The translations under genes and the position numbers were made by a program. Below the pieces are notes generated by a model that made no database searches, was not told the DNA's origin, and saw only the letters and a program-made list of their open reading frames with translations. DNA of 64,000 bases from Patescibacteria group bacterium (GTDB taxonomy: Bacteria; Patescibacteriota; Patescibacteriia; UBA10025; JAHIVO01). The number at the start of each line of letters is the position of its first letter. Position 1 is the stretch's first letter. Of the stretch, positions 36,533 through 51,243 are shown piece by piece. The stretch is from the NCBI GenBank assembly GCA_043808365.1, contig JAZDEZ010000015.1:20683-84682 (forward strand). The letters are read 5' to 3'.

Positions 36533-37228
36533 TTATAAATTTGTTTGTATTTGCGGCTGGCCTGTCTGTAACAAGATGCGCCTAGTTATGACCGTCGGCT
36601 TGCTCCGCTTTTTGACTGCCGACACGGTGATATTATTCAATCCAGCCTGCAAGGACACTACCTCCGAAAAATTCCCTTTTTCATCCAGATAAATCTGCTT
36701 GCCATTGACCGTCAGGGTAATGTCTGGATCAGTACTGCCAGTAACAGGAATAGTCACGGCCGTGACCGTCATGTCAAATGCCGGACTGCTGACACTTAAG
36801 GAAGGAGGCGAGAATATTTTCATGACCTCAAACCCGACATACCCCAGTCCGATCAGCATGATCAGCCCAATTCCGATTAATTTCAAAACTCGCGGCGTGA
36901 TTACTTCGCGCGGCCTTTTTTCGGATAAAGGCCATTTGACGCGATATTCTTTTTTCAGCGCCTTTTGTCCCTGATGTTTGTACAGGTCCAGGACAAAATC
37001 CGGGCTGACTTTCAAATATTCCGCGTACCGCTTTAAAAAATTCTCAATATAGACTGGACCGGGCAAATCCTTGTAATTTTCATTCTCTAACGCCGCCAGA
37101 TACGCCAGACGAATACCCGTGTCATCAGCGGCTTCCTGTAAACTAACTCGGGCTTCTTCGCGCACTTTGCGCAGCCGTTCGCCAAGCGTCTTCGATCGGG
37201 TAATGTCTTTTTTCGTAAAAACTGACAT
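36533..37228 (-). CDS. RodZ-like HTH-domain membrane protein.
   Basis: N-terminal XRE-type HTH (LGERLRKVREEARVSLQEAADDTGI), a single TM segment, and a C-terminal beta domain. Confidence 0.55.
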   Translation of the reverse strand: MSVFTKKDITRSKTLGERLRKVREEARVSLQEAADDTGIRLAYLAALENENYKDLPGPVYIENFLKRYAEYLKVSPDFVLDLYKHQGQKALKKEYRVKWPLSEKRPREVITPRVLKLIGIGLIMLIGLGYVGFEVMKIFSPPSLSVSSPAFDMTVTAVTIPVTGSTDPDITLTVNGKQIYLDEKGNFSEVVSLQAGLNNITVSAVKKRSKPTVITRRILLQTGQPQIQTNL

Positions 37229-37239
37229 AATTTCAAATC

Positions 37240-39570
37240 CTACCGAGGCGGCCGCGGGTCGTCATCGGGGTCGTCCTCAGTTTCCTCCTGTTCATCACCA
37301 GTGCCATCCCGTTCTTCAGGTTCTTCCGTTTCATCGGCGTTTTCCTCGCCCTCATCAACCTGCGGATCAGCCATTACGTGGTCTCGACTGACCAGTATCT
37401 CACGCGGCTTAGCGCCATCGCCCGGGCCGATAATGCCCCCCTCTTCCATCAGGTCCAGAAGCCGGGCGGCCCGTGCGTAGCCGACCCGGAGACGCCGCTG
37501 TAACAATGAAGCGGAGGCTTTGCCCGTCTTAATCACTAAATCCTTGGCCTGTTCCAAAAGGTCATCATCCCCGAGGTCCTCAAAATTCCCGGCCAGTGTC
37601 CGATCAACGACCTTGGCGGTAATTTCTTCCTGATATTCCGGCTGTCCTTTTGATTTTAAGTATGCCAAGACTCGGTTGATTTCGTCGTCAGTCACATAGG
37701 CGCCCTGCAGACGCTTTGGCTTGGATAATTGGGCGGAAATATACAGCATGTCGCCCCGGCCCAGTAATTTTTCGGCTCCCGACGTATCCAGGATGGTTCG
37801 GGAATCAACGGCAGAAGCCACGGAAAAAGCTATCCGCGACGTGATATTCGCCTTGATTAGGCCGGTGATGATATCAACTGACGGGCGTTGTGTCGCCAAT
37901 ATCAGGTGGATGCCGACCGCCCGGGCCATTTGAGCCAAACGGATAATAGCTGCCTCTACTTCATTGGCCGCCACGGACATGAGGTCAGCTAACTCATCAA
38001 TGGCCACAATGAGGTACGGCATAGTATTGCCGGCATCTTGGTTGTACGCCTGGATATTGCGGTGGCCGGTTTTCTGGAGCAATTCAAAACGGCGGTCCAT
38101 TTCCGCCACTACCCAGCGTAAAGAGTTGATGGTCTTGTCAATCTCATTGACAACCGGAGTAATCAAATGCGGAATGCCGTTATACCCGGTCATTTCCACG
38201 CGCTTCGGATCGACGAGAATCAACTTCAGTTCATCAGGCGAATTCTGGTACAACAGACTGATCAATATCGCGTTGAGGCAGACGGATTTGCCGGATCCGG
38301 TCGCGCCGGCGATCAACAGGTGGGGCATCGGGTCCAAGTCGACCGCCCACGACGTGCCGGCCACATCCTTGCCCAGGGCAACGGTCAGTTTAGATTTTCG
38401 TTTTTTGAATTCATCGCTCTGTAATATTTCCTTCAACTTCACCACCGCGACGGCCTTATTCGGGACTTCGATGCCGACCAGGGACTTGCCCGGGATTGGC
38501 GCTTCAATGCGGATTGGGTGCGCCGCCAAAGCCAACGCCAGATCATTTGATAATGTAGTTATCTGGGACAATTTGACGCCTTCTGCCGGCTTCAATGTAT
38601 ACTGGGTCACCGTCGGGCCGACCTTGGTCTCGCCCATCTCCACGTCGATGCCGAAATTCCTCAGCGTATCCTCAATCTTCTGCTTAATGGCCACGACATC
38701 GCCACTGGCGGGTTTTGAATTTGAAGTTTCAAGCAAATCAATCGGTACTTCAATTTTTCGTATCGTTTTTTTTGGTACCGTGAATAAGCCGGCTTGTTCC
38801 CCCGCCGGCTGGGCGGCCTTCATGCCTGATTGAGACGCCACCTTGCCAATTGATTTAACGCCGAATTCTGGCGAGACGGACGATTGCTCATCATGAATTT
38901 CCTCCGGCTCGGCCATGCGGCCGTCAGCAGTATTGGCTTCCATGTTGGTTCTGAGACGGTAAAAAAATTCCCTGAACCGCTCTGACAAGCGGCTGAAAAA
39001 ATTCCCGCCGGATGCCAAGCGTTTCAATGAGACGTCAAACAATACCAGAAGTGAAATAACAAGCAATCCGAATAATATCACCCCAGCAGCCCAAGGCCCC
39101 ATTATTTTTTGCAGCGGATATGAAAGGGCTAAGCCGAAATACCCGCCGCCGCGGCCGACGCTGATATCCGACGTGGCGCGCAAAATTGGCACAAAAAATA
39201 AATGGATCAGGCCCGAATAACTCAGCATCAAGCCGCCAAGGCCGATATAATTGGCCGTCCGTAAAATATATTTTTCCGGGTTGAAATACAAGTAACCGAC
39301 TACCAAAAGGACGGCTGGCACTGCAAAACGCCCCCAGCCGAATAAGTACCTCAAGCCGACGTCTATGCCATGCCCAAACGCGCCCGCCCATCCGAAAAGC
39401 GATAACACCACGATGATCACCGCGATGGCGATAACCACCAACATAATGCCATGCTTTGTCTCTGCCTTCAGACGCGGTAAAATTTCGGACGGGATATCCT
39501 GGCCGCCGGCTTCCTGGCGGGCTTCTTTCCTGTATTTCTTCAAGTATTGCTTTTTTGTCTTTTCCAACAT
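37240..39570 (-). CDS. ftsK: DNA translocase FtsK/SpoIIIE.
   Basis: N-terminal TM segments, Walker A GATGSGKSV, a gamma-domain wHTH (LLQRRLRVGYARAARLLDLMEEGGIIG), and an acidic tail. Confidence 0.85.
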   Translation of the reverse strand: MLEKTKKQYLKKYRKEARQEAGGQDIPSEILPRLKAETKHGIMLVVIAIAVIIVVLSLFGWAGAFGHGIDVGLRYLFGWGRFAVPAVLLVVGYLYFNPEKYILRTANYIGLGGLMLSYSGLIHLFFVPILRATSDISVGRGGGYFGLALSYPLQKIMGPWAAGVILFGLLVISLLVLFDVSLKRLASGGNFFSRLSERFREFFYRLRTNMEANTADGRMAEPEEIHDEQSSVSPEFGVKSIGKVASQSGMKAAQPAGEQAGLFTVPKKTIRKIEVPIDLLETSNSKPASGDVVAIKQKIEDTLRNFGIDVEMGETKVGPTVTQYTLKPAEGVKLSQITTLSNDLALALAAHPIRIEAPIPGKSLVGIEVPNKAVAVVKLKEILQSDEFKKRKSKLTVALGKDVAGTSWAVDLDPMPHLLIAGATGSGKSVCLNAILISLLYQNSPDELKLILVDPKRVEMTGYNGIPHLITPVVNEIDKTINSLRWVVAEMDRRFELLQKTGHRNIQAYNQDAGNTMPYLIVAIDELADLMSVAANEVEAAIIRLAQMARAVGIHLILATQRPSVDIITGLIKANITSRIAFSVASAVDSRTILDTSGAEKLLGRGDMLYISAQLSKPKRLQGAYVTDDEINRVLAYLKSKGQPEYQEEITAKVVDRTLAGNFEDLGDDDLLEQAKDLVIKTGKASASLLQRRLRVGYARAARLLDLMEEGGIIGPGDGAKPREILVSRDHVMADPQVDEGEENADETEEPEERDGTGDEQEETEDDPDDDPRPPR

Positions 39571-39685
39571 TTGGGGAGTATTTAAAATTGCTTATAGCGA
39601 TTAAATTTTACCATTTTTTATCAAATAATTCAACGTAAAAACATGCCTGCCTGACAGAGGGAGGGTTATTCTCAATAACTGCGAG

Positions 39686-42600
39686 CTATTCTTCTTTTGG
39701 CACCAAACTCGGGGGATATCCCGTGCCAGCCGGGATAAGCTTGCCGATAATCACGTTTTCCTTGAGGCCGCGCAATTTGTCAATTTTTCCGGACACGGCC
39801 GCGTCGATCAGCACCCGGGCCGTTTCCTGGAATGACGCGGCGGACAAGAAGCTGTCGATGGACAACGACGCCTTGGTAATGCCAAGCAATAACTGTTCGC
39901 CGGCAGCCAAAACGCCGCCTTTTTTCTTGGCCTCATCATTGGCCTCGACAAACTGCGACCTCTCCACCGTCTCGCCAGGCAGGAAATTAGTATCACCGGG
40001 ATCCTTCACGTATATTCGAGAGAACATCTGCCGAACGATGATTTCGATATGTTTTTCATTCAGCTTCTGGCCTTGCGATGAATAGATGTATTGGATTTCC
40101 TGAATAATATACCGCTGTACGGCTTCCTGACCATTGAGGTAAAACAATTGGTGCAAATCCAAACTGCCATCGGTGAGGCGATCGCCTTTGGTCAATAAAT
40201 CGCCATCCTTGACCCATAACATCTGTCCGGGCGGTACCTGGTATTCCCGTTTTTTTTCTTTTTCAGCGATCACAGTGACGGCTCCTGCGGACACCTTCGC
40301 GATGCCCGCGCCGCGCGCGGTCGTGGCGCCGCTCGAGTCAGCGAACAACACCTGTCCGGCCTGGACCATTTCGCCATCCTTTACTTTAATATCAATTTTC
40401 TTTTTCTTCTTCATCGGATACACCGCTTCGTCATTAGCCATATACATGATCGTCAGATGCTTCGCGCCCTTAGCCTCTTCTTTTACCGATACTTTACCCG
40501 TCACGCCGGCAATAATGGCCGGGTGCTTGATCGGCCGGGCCTCAAATAATTCTTCGACTCGCGGCAAACCCTGGGTGATATCCTGTCCGGCCACGCCGCC
40601 AGTATGGAACGTCCGCATGGTCAGCTGCGTGCCCGGCTCGCCAATCGATTGGGCGGCAATAATACCGACAGCCGTACCGAACTTCACCAGCCGATTGAAG
40701 CCTAAGTCATACCCATAGCATTTCTGGCACAATCCCCAGCGAGCCTTACAGGTCATGGCTGAGCGGATTTTAATCTTTTCTATTTCAATTTTTTCCAATC
40801 TTGGCATCTCTGCTTCCGTCACGAGGACTCCGGCTTTTACGATAATTTTCTTGGTTTTCGGATCGACAATATCTTCCATGACGACGCGGCCGAGCAAACG
40901 GCGAGAAAGATGCTCGCCCATCTCGTCAGACTCGACTTTGGTCAGCTCGTGGCCAACGTCATCACCGCAGTCTTCTTCGGTGATTAGCATGTCCTGGCTG
41001 ACGTCAACCAAGCGACGGGTCAGGTAACCGGCATTGGCGGTACGCAACGCCGTATCAGACAAACCTTTGCGCGCGCCGTGCGTCGAGATGAAATATTCCA
41101 ACACGTCAAAACCCTCTTTAAAACTGCCCTTGACCGGCAACTCGATGGTTTCGCCGGCCGGATTGGTCACTAAGCCCTTCATGCCCATCATCTGGGTGGT
41201 CTGGGCCCATGAACCGCGGGCGCCGGACTCAATCATGGAATACACGGAACCGAACTTGTCCAATGCCTCGCGGCTGACTTTTTGGACGCGGTCCTTGGCC
41301 TGCGCCCAGATCTCGATCACTTTGATGTGCCGCTCGTCATTCGTCAAAAGGCCCTGTTCATAATGCGAGTCGACTTCCTCTACCTGCTGATCCGCCTCCT
41401 GGACGATCTGTACCTTGGCTTTTGGCGTCACCAGATCGCTCATGCCCCAACTGATGCCGGAGGTGGTCAGGTACTTGAAAGCGAGCCGCTTGATATTATC
41501 CAACAATACTACCGTCTCCTCATTGCCGAATTTATGCAAAAAATTACTGATGAATTTTGACAGCGACTTGCGGTCTAACATCTCATTCACGAATCCGACA
41601 TTTTTCGGGATGATGCTATTAAGAATGACGCGGCCGGCGGTCGTCTCAATGATGGATTTGCCAACCATGACCATGACCTTGTCCTGCACGTGGATATGGC
41701 CGATCTGGTACGCCGTCTCCGCTTCATCCGGGGAACTGAACCGCTTCATTGATTCTTTCGGAACATCGCGCATAAAAGTCAAATAATAACAGCCTAAAAC
41801 GATATCCTGCGTCGGCGTGATAATCGGCGAGCCGGTGGACGGCTTCAATAAATTATTGACTGACGCGATAATATCCCGCGCCTCGCGTTTTGAATTTTCC
41901 GTCAGCGGCACATGGACGGCCATCTGGTCGCCGTCAAAGTCAGCATTGAATGCCGGGCACACTAACGGATGGATCTGGATGGCTTTGCCCTCGATCAATA
42001 CCGGCTTGAATGCCTGGATGCCCAAGCGGTGCAGGGTTGGGGCGCGGTTCAGCAGCACGTATGCGTCACGGCTGACCTCTTCCAGGATATCCCAAACTTC
42101 GCTCCGGTCGCTCTCGATGAACCGGCCGGCACTGCGGACATTATGGACGAGCTCGCGCTTGATCAGCTGGCTGATAATGAAAGGTTTGAATAATTCCAAC
42201 GCCATGCGCTTCGGCAGGCCGCATTCGTTCATTTTCAGGTGCGGGCCGACGACAATGACGGAGCGTCCGGAATAATCAACGCGCTTCCCCAGGAGGTTCT
42301 GGCGGAACCGGCCCTGCTTGCCCTTCAAGATGTCGGCGATGGATTTAAGCATGCGCTTCTGGCCGGTGGAGGCAGTCACGGTCTTGCCGTGGCGGGCGTT
42401 ATTATCAATCAAGGCATCGACTGCTTCCTGGAGCATGCGTTTTTCATTGCGGCGGATGACTTCTGGAGCGTTTAATTCAATCAGGCGTTTCAAACGGTTA
42501 TTCCGGTTAATCACCCGGCGATAAAGGTCGTTCAAATCAGACGCGGCAAACCGGCCGCCATCCAGCTGTACCATCGGACGCAGATCCGGAGGAATGACCG

Positions 42601-43545
42601 GGATGACGCTCAAAATCATCCACTCCGGGCGCAGTTTATTGATCTTGAAACTTTTAAATAATTTCAGGCGGCGGACAGTCCGGCGGCGCTTGGTTTCAGG
42701 CGCATCCTTCATTTCCCCGTCTAATTCAATGATTGTTTTTTCAATGTCAATTTCCCGTAAAAGCTCCTGGACCGCGTCAGCGCCGATATTGGCCTCAAAC
42801 ACGTGCCCGTATTTCAATGACAAATCGCGGTAAGTCTGCTCGGAAATGATCATCATTGGCTTCAGGCTTTTCAGCTCTTTTTTCGCCAAATCAACCGCAT
42901 CAGCCAGGTTTTTCATTTTCTCGTCCTTCAGGGCATTCACTGAAGATAATTCCTCGTCAAGCTCGCGGCTGGCCTTGGTCGGCTCCTGGCTTTGATGCTG
43001 GGCCTGCCGCTGTTTTACGTCATTGACCATGCGGCTGAATTCCGCCTCGATCGATTTTTTCTTGCCTTGGGACTCAGCTTCTATCTGCTGGAGTGTCTCC
43101 TCGCGCAAAGTCTCATCGACGCGCGTCACGATGAAATTGGCGAAATAAATGACTTTTTCCAAATCCTGAATGGACAAATCCAGTATCAAGCCGATCTTTG
43201 ACGGCACGCCGCGCAAGAACCAGATATGCGAAACCGGGGAAGCCAGCTTGATGTGGCCCATGCGCTCGCGGCGGACGATCGAACGGGTGACTTCCACGCC
43301 GCATTTATCGCACACCACGCCTTTGTAGCGGACTTTCTTGTATTTTCCGCAATAGCATTCCCAATCTTTTGTCGGCCCAAAAATTTCCTCGGCAAAGAGG
43401 CCGGACTTTTCTGGTTTTTGCGTGCGGTAATTGATGGTCTCCGGCTTCTGAACCTCGCCAAACGACCATGACAGGATATCATCCGGCGAGGCTAATTTGA
43501 GCCGGATGGCCTTGAAATCAATTGTCCTGACTGACGGTTCGGCGA

Positions 43546-43549
<4 letters not shown>
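39686..43549 (-). CDS. rpoC: DNA-directed RNA polymerase subunit beta'.
   Basis: 1287 aa. Zn-finger CxxC...CxxC near the N-terminus, the NADFDGDQM catalytic loop, and bridge-helix/trigger-loop regions. Confidence 0.95.
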
Positions 43550-46977
<3,428 letters not shown>

Positions 46978-47109
46978 AAAAAAGAATGTCTCCTGGCTTA
47001 TATGTACTATAAAGCGGAGCTTAATCGGCTAGAAACTGGTCAATTTTCTAAATAATTTTCGAACGTCATGTATTGTTTAGACGTTTTCCGATTGGAAATT
47101 GTAGCTTTG

Positions 47110-47138
47110 AGTGTAGCAGAGCATCTACCCCTTGTCAA
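47110..47138 (-). promoter_or_regulatory. Sigma70-like promoter for rpoBC.
   Basis: On the minus strand: TTGACA, 17-nt spacer, TACACT, ~130 nt upstream of the rpoB start. No rplJL genes lie upstream. Confidence 0.35.
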
Positions 47139-47305
47139 GTTTTAGCCTGATTCGAGCAAATAATTGATTCATCCCCAACCTTAGCTATTTTCCGGTGAAA
47201 ATGGCACTAAAATCAAGAATCCTCAATATAATTAAAAAACAGATACCAACAGGATATCCACATGGTTAATGACCAATTGACCAAACCCCAATATCCAATT
47301 TTTAT

Positions 47306-48055
47306 TTACGCCCAGATATCCTTGGAAAGATAGCTATAGTTCAATATCGAAGCATAATGGCCAAACCAACGATTTTCAATCACCACAACTGTGGGGATTA
47401 TTTTTCTTGCCGCTTCTGCGTACCTTTTTCCGAAGCTCGCAGGAATAATTCTATCCGTGCGTGAAATAATTATTTTCAACTTCTTATCTTTTAGTTGTGT
47501 CAAATAATACTCTGGCGCCAACTTCTTCCACTGTTTTTGTAACTCAACTAATCTAATCCCACGTGCTTCCATTGCCACCCTTACATTGCGTGTCCGCAAT
47601 CCATTCCACATCGAGTCGGCCAACGAATACCCTGGCACTACCATTATAAGCTCCGTTACCAATGGATTGTCGCTGGCAATCAGACTGGCAGTCACGCAGC
47701 TCAAACTAACTCCAATGATAGTAATGTGATTGATGGCGTTTAATTTGCTAAATTCTTCCAATTCATCCCTGATTTGCCGGCTGAACGTTTCAAATCGCTG
47801 TCTCGTCAATTCCGGATCAGCCGTTAAAATATCCGGGGCGAAAGAGTAATGTATATACGACGCTCTGGATTTTTTAATTTTGCGTTCTACAAAATAAAAC
47901 AGAGCTGGATTGATGTGCCAGGGATCCAGGATAATATAAACTTTTTTTGATCCAGGGCTTATAAATCTACGAGAAGTAAATAATCGCTCAGTTTCTTTTT
48001 GAGGATGCTTATGATCGTGCCAACGTCTGATGGCGCTGTAGATCTGGTCAAGCAT
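47306..48055 (-). CDS. Hypothetical protein, possibly alpha/beta-hydrolase-like.
   Basis: 249 aa. The IIGVSLSCVTASL segment resembles a nucleophile elbow. No firm family assignment. Confidence 0.35.
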   Translation of the reverse strand: MLDQIYSAIRRWHDHKHPQKETERLFTSRRFISPGSKKVYIILDPWHINPALFYFVERKIKKSRASYIHYSFAPDILTADPELTRQRFETFSRQIRDELEEFSKLNAINHITIIGVSLSCVTASLIASDNPLVTELIMVVPGYSLADSMWNGLRTRNVRVAMEARGIRLVELQKQWKKLAPEYYLTQLKDKKLKIIISRTDRIIPASFGKRYAEAARKIIPTVVVIENRWFGHYASILNYSYLSKDIWA

Positions 48056-48079
48056 ATGACCCTTTTTCTGAATTTTTTC

Positions 48080-48466
48080 TCATCTGGGAAATAATGACTT
48101 TATCGGATGACTCCTGCGCTTGGTCTTCTTGAGTTGGCCCCAGGTCATCCAGCGATATTCTGTATGCTCTGGACTCAATCTTATTCGGCCTGAGGCGTAT
48201 GACGCTTCGGCAGTCATCTCCACTGACCATACATGACGGAATGGGATGGCGTATACATTGAGCAGTCTAGTATTTTTAACCTTTACGCCCGCCTCTTCAC
48301 CAGCCTCCCGCCGTATCGCTTGGAACGGCTGCTCGCCCAGCTTCATGCCGCCACCTGGTAAATCCCAATCACCCGGGCCGTCCGGATCAGTCGCACTCCT
48401 CTTCAAAATTAAATATTTACCGGCCTTTTTTATCAGGACGTGGATACCAATATTAAAGCCTTTCAT
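48080..48466 (-). CDS. NUDIX hydrolase (MutT-like).
   Basis: Nudix box GGGMKLGEQPFQAIRREAGEEAGV. Confidence 0.7.
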   Translation of the reverse strand: MKGFNIGIHVLIKKAGKYLILKRSATDPDGPGDWDLPGGGMKLGEQPFQAIRREAGEEAGVKVKNTRLLNVYAIPFRHVWSVEMTAEASYASGRIRLSPEHTEYRWMTWGQLKKTKRRSHPIKSLFPR

Positions 48467-48500
48467 ATGATTTCTTTATTGCTCATCTACAAAATACCTT

Positions 48501-48546
48501 GTCATTGCGAGGAGGCCGAGTGAACCGAGGCTGACGAAGCAATCTC
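48501..48546 (+). repeat. Copy R4 (short) of the MITE-like repeat, immediately 3' of the GIY-YIG gene.
   Basis: GTCATTGCGAGGAGGCCGAGTGAACCGAGGCTGACGAAGCAATCTC. Confidence 0.45.
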
Positions 48547-48853
48547 ATCGCTTTTTATCATGCCACTCTTCACTTAAATCATTCCATTCTGGGTTAATAC
48601 TATTTATTAAATTTATTTTCTTTTGTCTTGATCCTCCTTTAATCTGTTTTTCCCTGGCAATTGCATCCTCAATATATTGAAATTCCTCATAATACACCAA
48701 CTTGGTGATATTATACTTCTTAGTAAATCCACCAACTTGTTTTTGTTTATGTTGCAAAACTCGCCCCTCAAGTCCACCGCTGACTCCCGTATAAAGAGTA
48801 GTATGCGCTTTATTGGTCATGATGTAAACGCAATAACTGCGTTCGTAAGACAT
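48545..48853 (-). CDS. GIY-YIG nuclease superfamily protein (small stand-alone type).
   Basis: YCVYIMTNKAHTTLYTGVSGGLEGRVLQHK is the GIY...YIG...R...H hallmark. 102 aa. Confidence 0.75.
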   Translation of the reverse strand: MSYERSYCVYIMTNKAHTTLYTGVSGGLEGRVLQHKQKQVGGFTKKYNITKLVYYEEFQYIEDAIAREKQIKGGSRQKKINLINSINPEWNDLSEEWHDKKR

Positions 48854-48875
48854 AGATTGCGTTTCTTACTTAGTA

Positions 48876-48957
48876 GATTGCTTCGCTCCGCTCGCAATGA
48901 CAAAAAACATGTGTCATTGCGAGGAGGACGAGGTACGAGGACGACGAAGCAATCTCT
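48876..48957. repeat. Copies R5a (inverted, 48876-48902) and R5b (direct, 48914-48957) of the MITE-like repeat, immediately 5' of the GIY-YIG gene.
   Basis: AGATTGCTTCGCTCCGCTCGCAATGAC, then GTCATTGCGAGGAGGACGAGGTACGAGGACGACGAAGCAATCTC. Confidence 0.45.
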
Positions 48958-50265
48958 TTACTGTAACAACTCTTTCAAAATCACCGCATCGCTCCAATCA
49001 ACCAGCTTCCCGTTTTTCAAGGCCATCTTCGTTTCCCCACCCTTACCCGTCACAATTACAATATCGCCCGGCTGGGCCAACTCAATTGCCCTTTTTAATG
49101 CCTGTTTTCTGTCTAGAATCTTTTCCACTTTCCCACGCGCCATTTGCAACACGCCATCTGCCACCTCATTGATAATCGCCTGCGGATCCTCGTTATACGG
49201 ATCCTCATTCGTCACAATAATATGGTCAGTATATTCTGCGGCTAACCGGCCGAGGATCGGACGTTTCGCTTTGTCGCGGCCTCCGCCCTGCGAACCGAGG
49301 ACGGAAATTATTTTTTTCGGCTGGAAAGTTTTAAGGGTTTGGTATACCGCTTCAAGCGAGGCCGGTTCATGAGCGTAATCAACAAATACGCGGAAACCTT
49401 TATCATTCTTGATTTCTTCCATCCGGCCGGGTAGTCCAGTGACTTTTTCTAATGCAACTTTTATATGTCCAAGTTCTATATGCTGTGACATACCTACAGC
49501 GATGGCAGCTAAGGCATTGTATATATTAAATTTCCCCAACAATGGCAGCCGGAAGAGTACATGATTGACCGCGAACTCACTGCCTGTTTCACTAACCTTC
49601 ACCTGTTCACTAAAAACTACCTCCACATCGTCCGATAATGCAGGTGTGTCTACATGCAATCCATATGCCCACTGACCATCTGCGGCAGTCGCAAGAAATT
49701 TTGAACCTTCCGAATCATCAGAATTGGCCACAACAATTTTTTTAACCAAATGGCCATCAATAACTTTGCGGTAACCATGGGCCAGTTCCTTGAACAGGGA
49801 TAATTTTGCCGCCCGATAATTTTCAAAACTGCCATGCGACTCAATATGCTCCGGCGATAAGTTCGTGAAAACGGCTATGTCATAGTCAATCCCGACGTGG
49901 CGGTGTTGGCTGATGCCTTCGGACGAAGTTTCTATGACCGCATACTGGCATCCGGCTTTCACCATCTGCCGGAGCATTTTCTGGAGCTTGAACCGGCCGG
50001 GCATAGTCTGCTTCAGGTCATTTGACCATTCTCGCTCGGCTATTTTAAATAGTACTGTGGTAGTCAAGCCGACCTTGTACCCGGCGGATTCCAAAACTTT
50101 CGCAATTAAATAAGCCGTGGTGGACTTCCCTTTTGTGCCAGTCACGCCGATAATAATCATTTGCCGTGACGGGAAACCGTACAGCTCAGCGCCGATGTGG
50201 GCGAGCGCCAAATGGTACCAGTTTAATAATGATTGTGGGATGAATTTTTTAATCAGGGCTTTCAT
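48958..50265 (-). CDS. Mur ligase family protein (MurE/MurF-like UDP-MurNAc-peptide ligase without the N-terminal domain).
   Basis: ATP-binding IIGVTGTKGKSTTAYL, the central Mur ligase domain, and the C-terminal DIVIVTGKGGE motif. 435 aa. Confidence 0.65.
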   Translation of the reverse strand: MKALIKKFIPQSLLNWYHLALAHIGAELYGFPSRQMIIIGVTGTKGKSTTAYLIAKVLESAGYKVGLTTTVLFKIAEREWSNDLKQTMPGRFKLQKMLRQMVKAGCQYAVIETSSEGISQHRHVGIDYDIAVFTNLSPEHIESHGSFENYRAAKLSLFKELAHGYRKVIDGHLVKKIVVANSDDSEGSKFLATAADGQWAYGLHVDTPALSDDVEVVFSEQVKVSETGSEFAVNHVLFRLPLLGKFNIYNALAAIAVGMSQHIELGHIKVALEKVTGLPGRMEEIKNDKGFRVFVDYAHEPASLEAVYQTLKTFQPKKIISVLGSQGGGRDKAKRPILGRLAAEYTDHIIVTNEDPYNEDPQAIINEVADGVLQMARGKVEKILDRKQALKRAIELAQPGDIVIVTGKGGETKMALKNGKLVDWSDAVILKELLQ

Positions 50266-50716
50266 GTGGTTGATATGCTTGTAGGTACCAGGCCACTTCC
50301 GCTTGCTTCCGCCGCACCCGCCATTCCAGCGCTAGTGAAACTACATAGAGAATTGCCATAGTAGCGTACGCCCAAGCTCTCGGTAAAAAATATGCCAGGA
50401 CAAACGCAAGATAGAGAATGAACTGCCATCCGGCATAATGGGTGAATGCCGACATCCGCCGGTCCCAATCGACGGGCAGTTTTACTGAATTATTCCCCAG
50501 CAACTGGCGTTGTTTCTTTTTATATAGCCGGTACAGTTTCGGACCGACGAAAAGAACCAAGACAATCGCGCCGACCATATAATACGGGGAATCCTGGCGC
50601 TTGGCAATATACGCCATCACAGTTATCAACGTGTTGAGCGCCATCCAACTCCCCTGTTCCCACCGCTGCATTGCCTGGAAACGTTTGATTATTAAATGCG
50701 ATTGATGTTCGGCCAT
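50249..50716 (-). CDS. Hypothetical membrane protein.
   Basis: 155 aa with 3-4 hydrophobic helices. Confidence 0.4.
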   Translation of the reverse strand: MAEHQSHLIIKRFQAMQRWEQGSWMALNTLITVMAYIAKRQDSPYYMVGAIVLVLFVGPKLYRLYKKKQRQLLGNNSVKLPVDWDRRMSAFTHYAGWQFILYLAFVLAYFLPRAWAYATMAILYVVSLALEWRVRRKQAEVAWYLQAYQPHESPD

Positions 50717-50752
50717 AGGGAGCTGTATGCTTTAACCATTACTCATACGATC

Positions 50753-51073
50753 TCATCTGGACTTGGGATTCCTGGTCTCATTGATAAGCCAGCGCTCATA
50801 CGATCGCAATGTGCGGCCGACGGGCAGCTCGACAATGCATGGCACGTCAAACGGATGCTCAGTGTTAATCAGCGCCTTAATCGTCCTGAAATATTTTTTT
50901 TGGGTGGCGATCAGAGTAACGATCCCCTTTGTCTGCACCATTTTACCTTTCCACCAGTACATATCTTCCTGCCTGATAAAATTGATGCAGGCCGCCAGGT
51001 GCTTCTGCAGGATTAATTTTGATATCCGCCTGGCTTCCTTAGTATTCGGATAATGGACGTAAATGTGGATCAT
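50753..51073 (-). CDS. cutA: Divalent-cation tolerance protein CutA.
   Basis: HLAACINFIRQEDMYWWKGKMVQTKG...HPFDVPCIVELPV matches the CutA1 core. Start taken at the internal Met (MIHIYVHY). The upstream 26 listed codons overlap repeat R6. Confidence 0.6.
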   Translation of the reverse strand: MIHIYVHYPNTKEARRISKLILQKHLAACINFIRQEDMYWWKGKMVQTKGIVTLIATQKKYFRTIKALINTEHPFDVPCIVELPVGRTLRSYERWLINETRNPKSR

Positions 51074-51127
51074 TTTTTTTCGTTTGTAAGTAAGTGTTGC
51101 GCCGCCCTTCTCCTTACTCTTTTTACT

Positions 51128-51226
51128 GTCATTGCGAGTGAAACGAAGCAATCTCTGCTATCTACTATTATAAGATCCTCACGTCGTTCCACTTCACTTC
51201 GTTCAGTGTCACTCCTCAGGATGACG
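51128..51226 (+). repeat. Copy R6 of the MITE-like repeat.
   Basis: GTCATTGCGAGTGAAACGAAGCAATCTCTG...AAGATCCTCACGTCG...CACTCCTCAGGATGACG. Confidence 0.5.
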
Positions 51227-51243
51227 CCAGGGGGCGGCGTCAC

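Noticed and set aside
50753-51151. Full-length 132-aa ORF listed for CutA.
   Set aside because: The first 26 codons overlap repeat copy R6 and do not resemble CutA. The internal Met gives a canonical ~107-aa CutA.
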